Below are positions 61,792-64,000 of a stretch of DNA of 64,000 nt, in pieces. The translations under genes and the position numbers were made by a program. The stretch is from Mustelus asterias (taxonomy: Eukaryota), in assembly GCF_964213995.1 (NCBI RefSeq), contig NW_027590151.1, positions 372,001 to 436,000 of the forward strand, written 5' to 3'. The notes below the pieces were generated by a model, which made no database searches, was not told where the DNA came from, and was given only the letters and a program-made list of their open reading frames with translations. Position 1 is the first letter of the stretch. Each line of letters begins with the position of its first letter.

Positions 61792-62065
61792 ATTACTGCC
61801 CTGAGCTCATCAATGGTACCAGCAGAACCTATTGATGCCGTATCTGGTTTTTCCAATGAACAGCATCAATGGAGTAGAATTGGGTCACATGAACCATTGA
61901 GCCTCCTCCATGACTGAATCAAGGCAGATCCACAGCCTCAATCCCAATTTCCCAGCTTATACCAACAGCCCTTCATTCACTTAGATTCCAACAACTCTCC
62001 ACCTCAACCTTCAAAGTCTTCATCAACTGAAGATTCACAGACCTCTGTGCCGCTACAGAATTGAT

Positions 62066-62345
62066 GCAAGATGGCGTCCGAGCGAGGCGAACTCTTGGAA
62101 GCTGTGCCCAGCATACCTTCTAACTCTATCTTTTACTCTCGTTCTATGCTTCTAAAACTTCATTCTAACTCTTTTAAACTCTCTCACAATGCTTCAATTC
62201 AATTTCTAGCATCCCGGCTATGACTGTAACACTACACTCTGCACTCTCTCGTTTCCTTCTCTATGAACGGTATGCTTTGTCTGTACAGCGCGCAAGAAAC
62301 AATGCTTTTTATTGTATGCTAATACATGTGACAATAATAAGTCAA
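62066..62345 (+). mobile_element. Short non-autonomous Rex1/Babar-type element
   Basis: caagatggcg 5' end and catgtgacaataataa 3' end. Confidence 0.4.
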
Positions 62346-63404
62346 ATAATTCCAAAGATTCACAAGCCTTGGAGTGAAGAAATATCTCCATATCTCAGTC
62401 ATGAATGGCTGAAACATTAACCAGAAAATGTAAGCCCAGAGTACCTTGCTGAGGCACTTTTGCCACTGTCGAACCGGAACATCACTCATTTGCCATGTCT
62501 AATCCATCTAGCCTGCATCAGCTGCATCGTGAGTGTGACAGTGGAAGCAGAAAAGCAACAGTATGCCAGCGGCGACTTTGCTGAGGGTATTCTTTTTCAA
62601 TAAATGGTGAAGAACAAATTTACATTTTGTCTGCTCCAATCCAGTTTATATGCAACAGCGACCAAGAATCGGGGAAAATTCAAAAAAATATTAATTTCGA
62701 TAATGTTTCGACTTTATTTTGAATCGGGGAACTCATCGTATATGAAATGAACATGTTAACTCCGACAATCCAGAAACTCTGCTCATGACCAATGTGACCG
62801 GCCGAGAATATCAAACCGTGCAGTCTGATTGCAAGTTAAATCCTTGTTTTGTTGAAATATAATTCGGTTGCAAACCTTAGCCATGTGGCAGAGTCATTGA
62901 TCTAACATAAGATTCAGAAAATAACATTTGTCCCGAATTTTATCTCTTTCTCCATGAATGCAGTTGCAGAATATTATTCAAGCATTGGGGGAGTGTAAAT
63001 GCCACATGGCTGTGAGATAATGTGATTCCTTGATATTTAGTAACACTTAGAGATGGGGCAGCTGCTTTGAAAAGTTTTTATCAACTTTTTCTGAACACAA
63101 GGATCAGTATACTTCAGGAACACAGGTGACATATGGAAGTGTTTAAAATTTGATGCGTGTGCACAGATTCTGCCAAACCTGCTGAGAATTTCCACCATCT
63201 CGTGCTTGTATTATAAATACAGGTTTTATCAGAACATAAAACGGCAAGACGGCAATGATAAATGAAATAGTCCCACAAGCTGTTCACGTGTAACTTTCAA
63301 TTTCCAAAACCCACCAACCTCATCATTACTGATCCTGTGAAAACGTACCTTGTAAAACACGGCAGGCATTCATCTCTCAAAGAACTGAAACGCCTCAAAT
63401 GTGA

Positions 63405-64000
63405 ACTCTGCTCTCAATCTCAGGACTTTTCAATTATAAAAGCAGCATTCTGGTGAAAGTTTAACTCAGTCCTCATTCCACTGATCTTTGCCGACTTGCT
63501 GTGTATTTCCCTCATTGAACACATTTCAGGTTGGGACAGACAGATTCCTGAACTATCTGAGAAAGAAGAGGAATGGGCAGGAAAATGGAAACCCAAGATC
63601 AAACATGGGTTAAAGTTTCGAGTTCAGTTATTGAGTTTAATAATTTTCAAATATATAAATTGTTACAAATAATATGTCAGAGATAAATGTTCAATAAACT
63701 AACGTCGGCTAACAGTAGAGGCAGAAACACACGATAAGTTTTTTTTTAAATGTTGCCCAAGGGCTCAGTGACACTCAAAAACCGAGAGACAATGATAGCA
63801 GATGGAGTGGAAAAAATACTGAAATCCCCGTCCCTGGATGGTCTCGAACCATCAACCTTTCGGTTAACAGCCGAACGCGGTAACCAATTGCGCCACAGAG
63901 ACTGACACAACTGGACCCTACAAGGCATCCTAAATCAGGGTGACAGCGTGTTGGCTGCAAGTTAGACGCCAATTCAATTTTCACCAAACCTGACACAGAA
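63405..64000 (+). repeat. Recent duplicate of 50040-50630 (tRNA-Asn block)
   Basis: Near-identical colinear sequence. Confidence 0.92.
63829..63902 (-). tRNA. TRNAN-GUU: tRNA-Asn(GTT), one D-stem mismatch
   Basis: gtctctgtggcgcaattggttaccgcgttcggctgttaaccgaaaggttgatggttcgagaccatccagggacg. Confidence 0.82.

Noticed and set aside
1-64000. CRISPR arrays, rRNA, snRNA or prokaryotic systems
   Set aside because: None seen; the window is vertebrate genomic DNA

Overview
Eukaryotic DNA from a cartilaginous fish (shark-type HE1 SINEs and CR1 LINEs). 1-18.5 kb: part of a T-cell receptor alpha/delta variable-gene array. It holds one intact V segment (leader + V exon + 23-RSS) and five V pseudogenes in both orientations, with CRE/CCAAT promoters and a cluster of CTCF-consensus motifs. 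19-26 kb: a C2H2 zinc-finger pseudogene, a Penelope fragment and a near full-length CR1 LINE with an uninterrupted ORF2. An assembly gap lies at 26438-26704. 26.8-29.7 kb: an intact two-exon GPR139/GPR142-like class A GPCR whose compact promoter (TATA + O/E(EBF) site + adjacent homeodomain sites) resembles an olfactory-receptor promoter. This is the most interesting lead. 30-64 kb: decayed L1-like, CR1 and Penelope elements (several with minimal hammerhead-ribozyme cores) and a segmentally duplicated tRNA cluster with a few intact genes and many pseudogenes. All calls are by eye; repeat boundaries are approximate.
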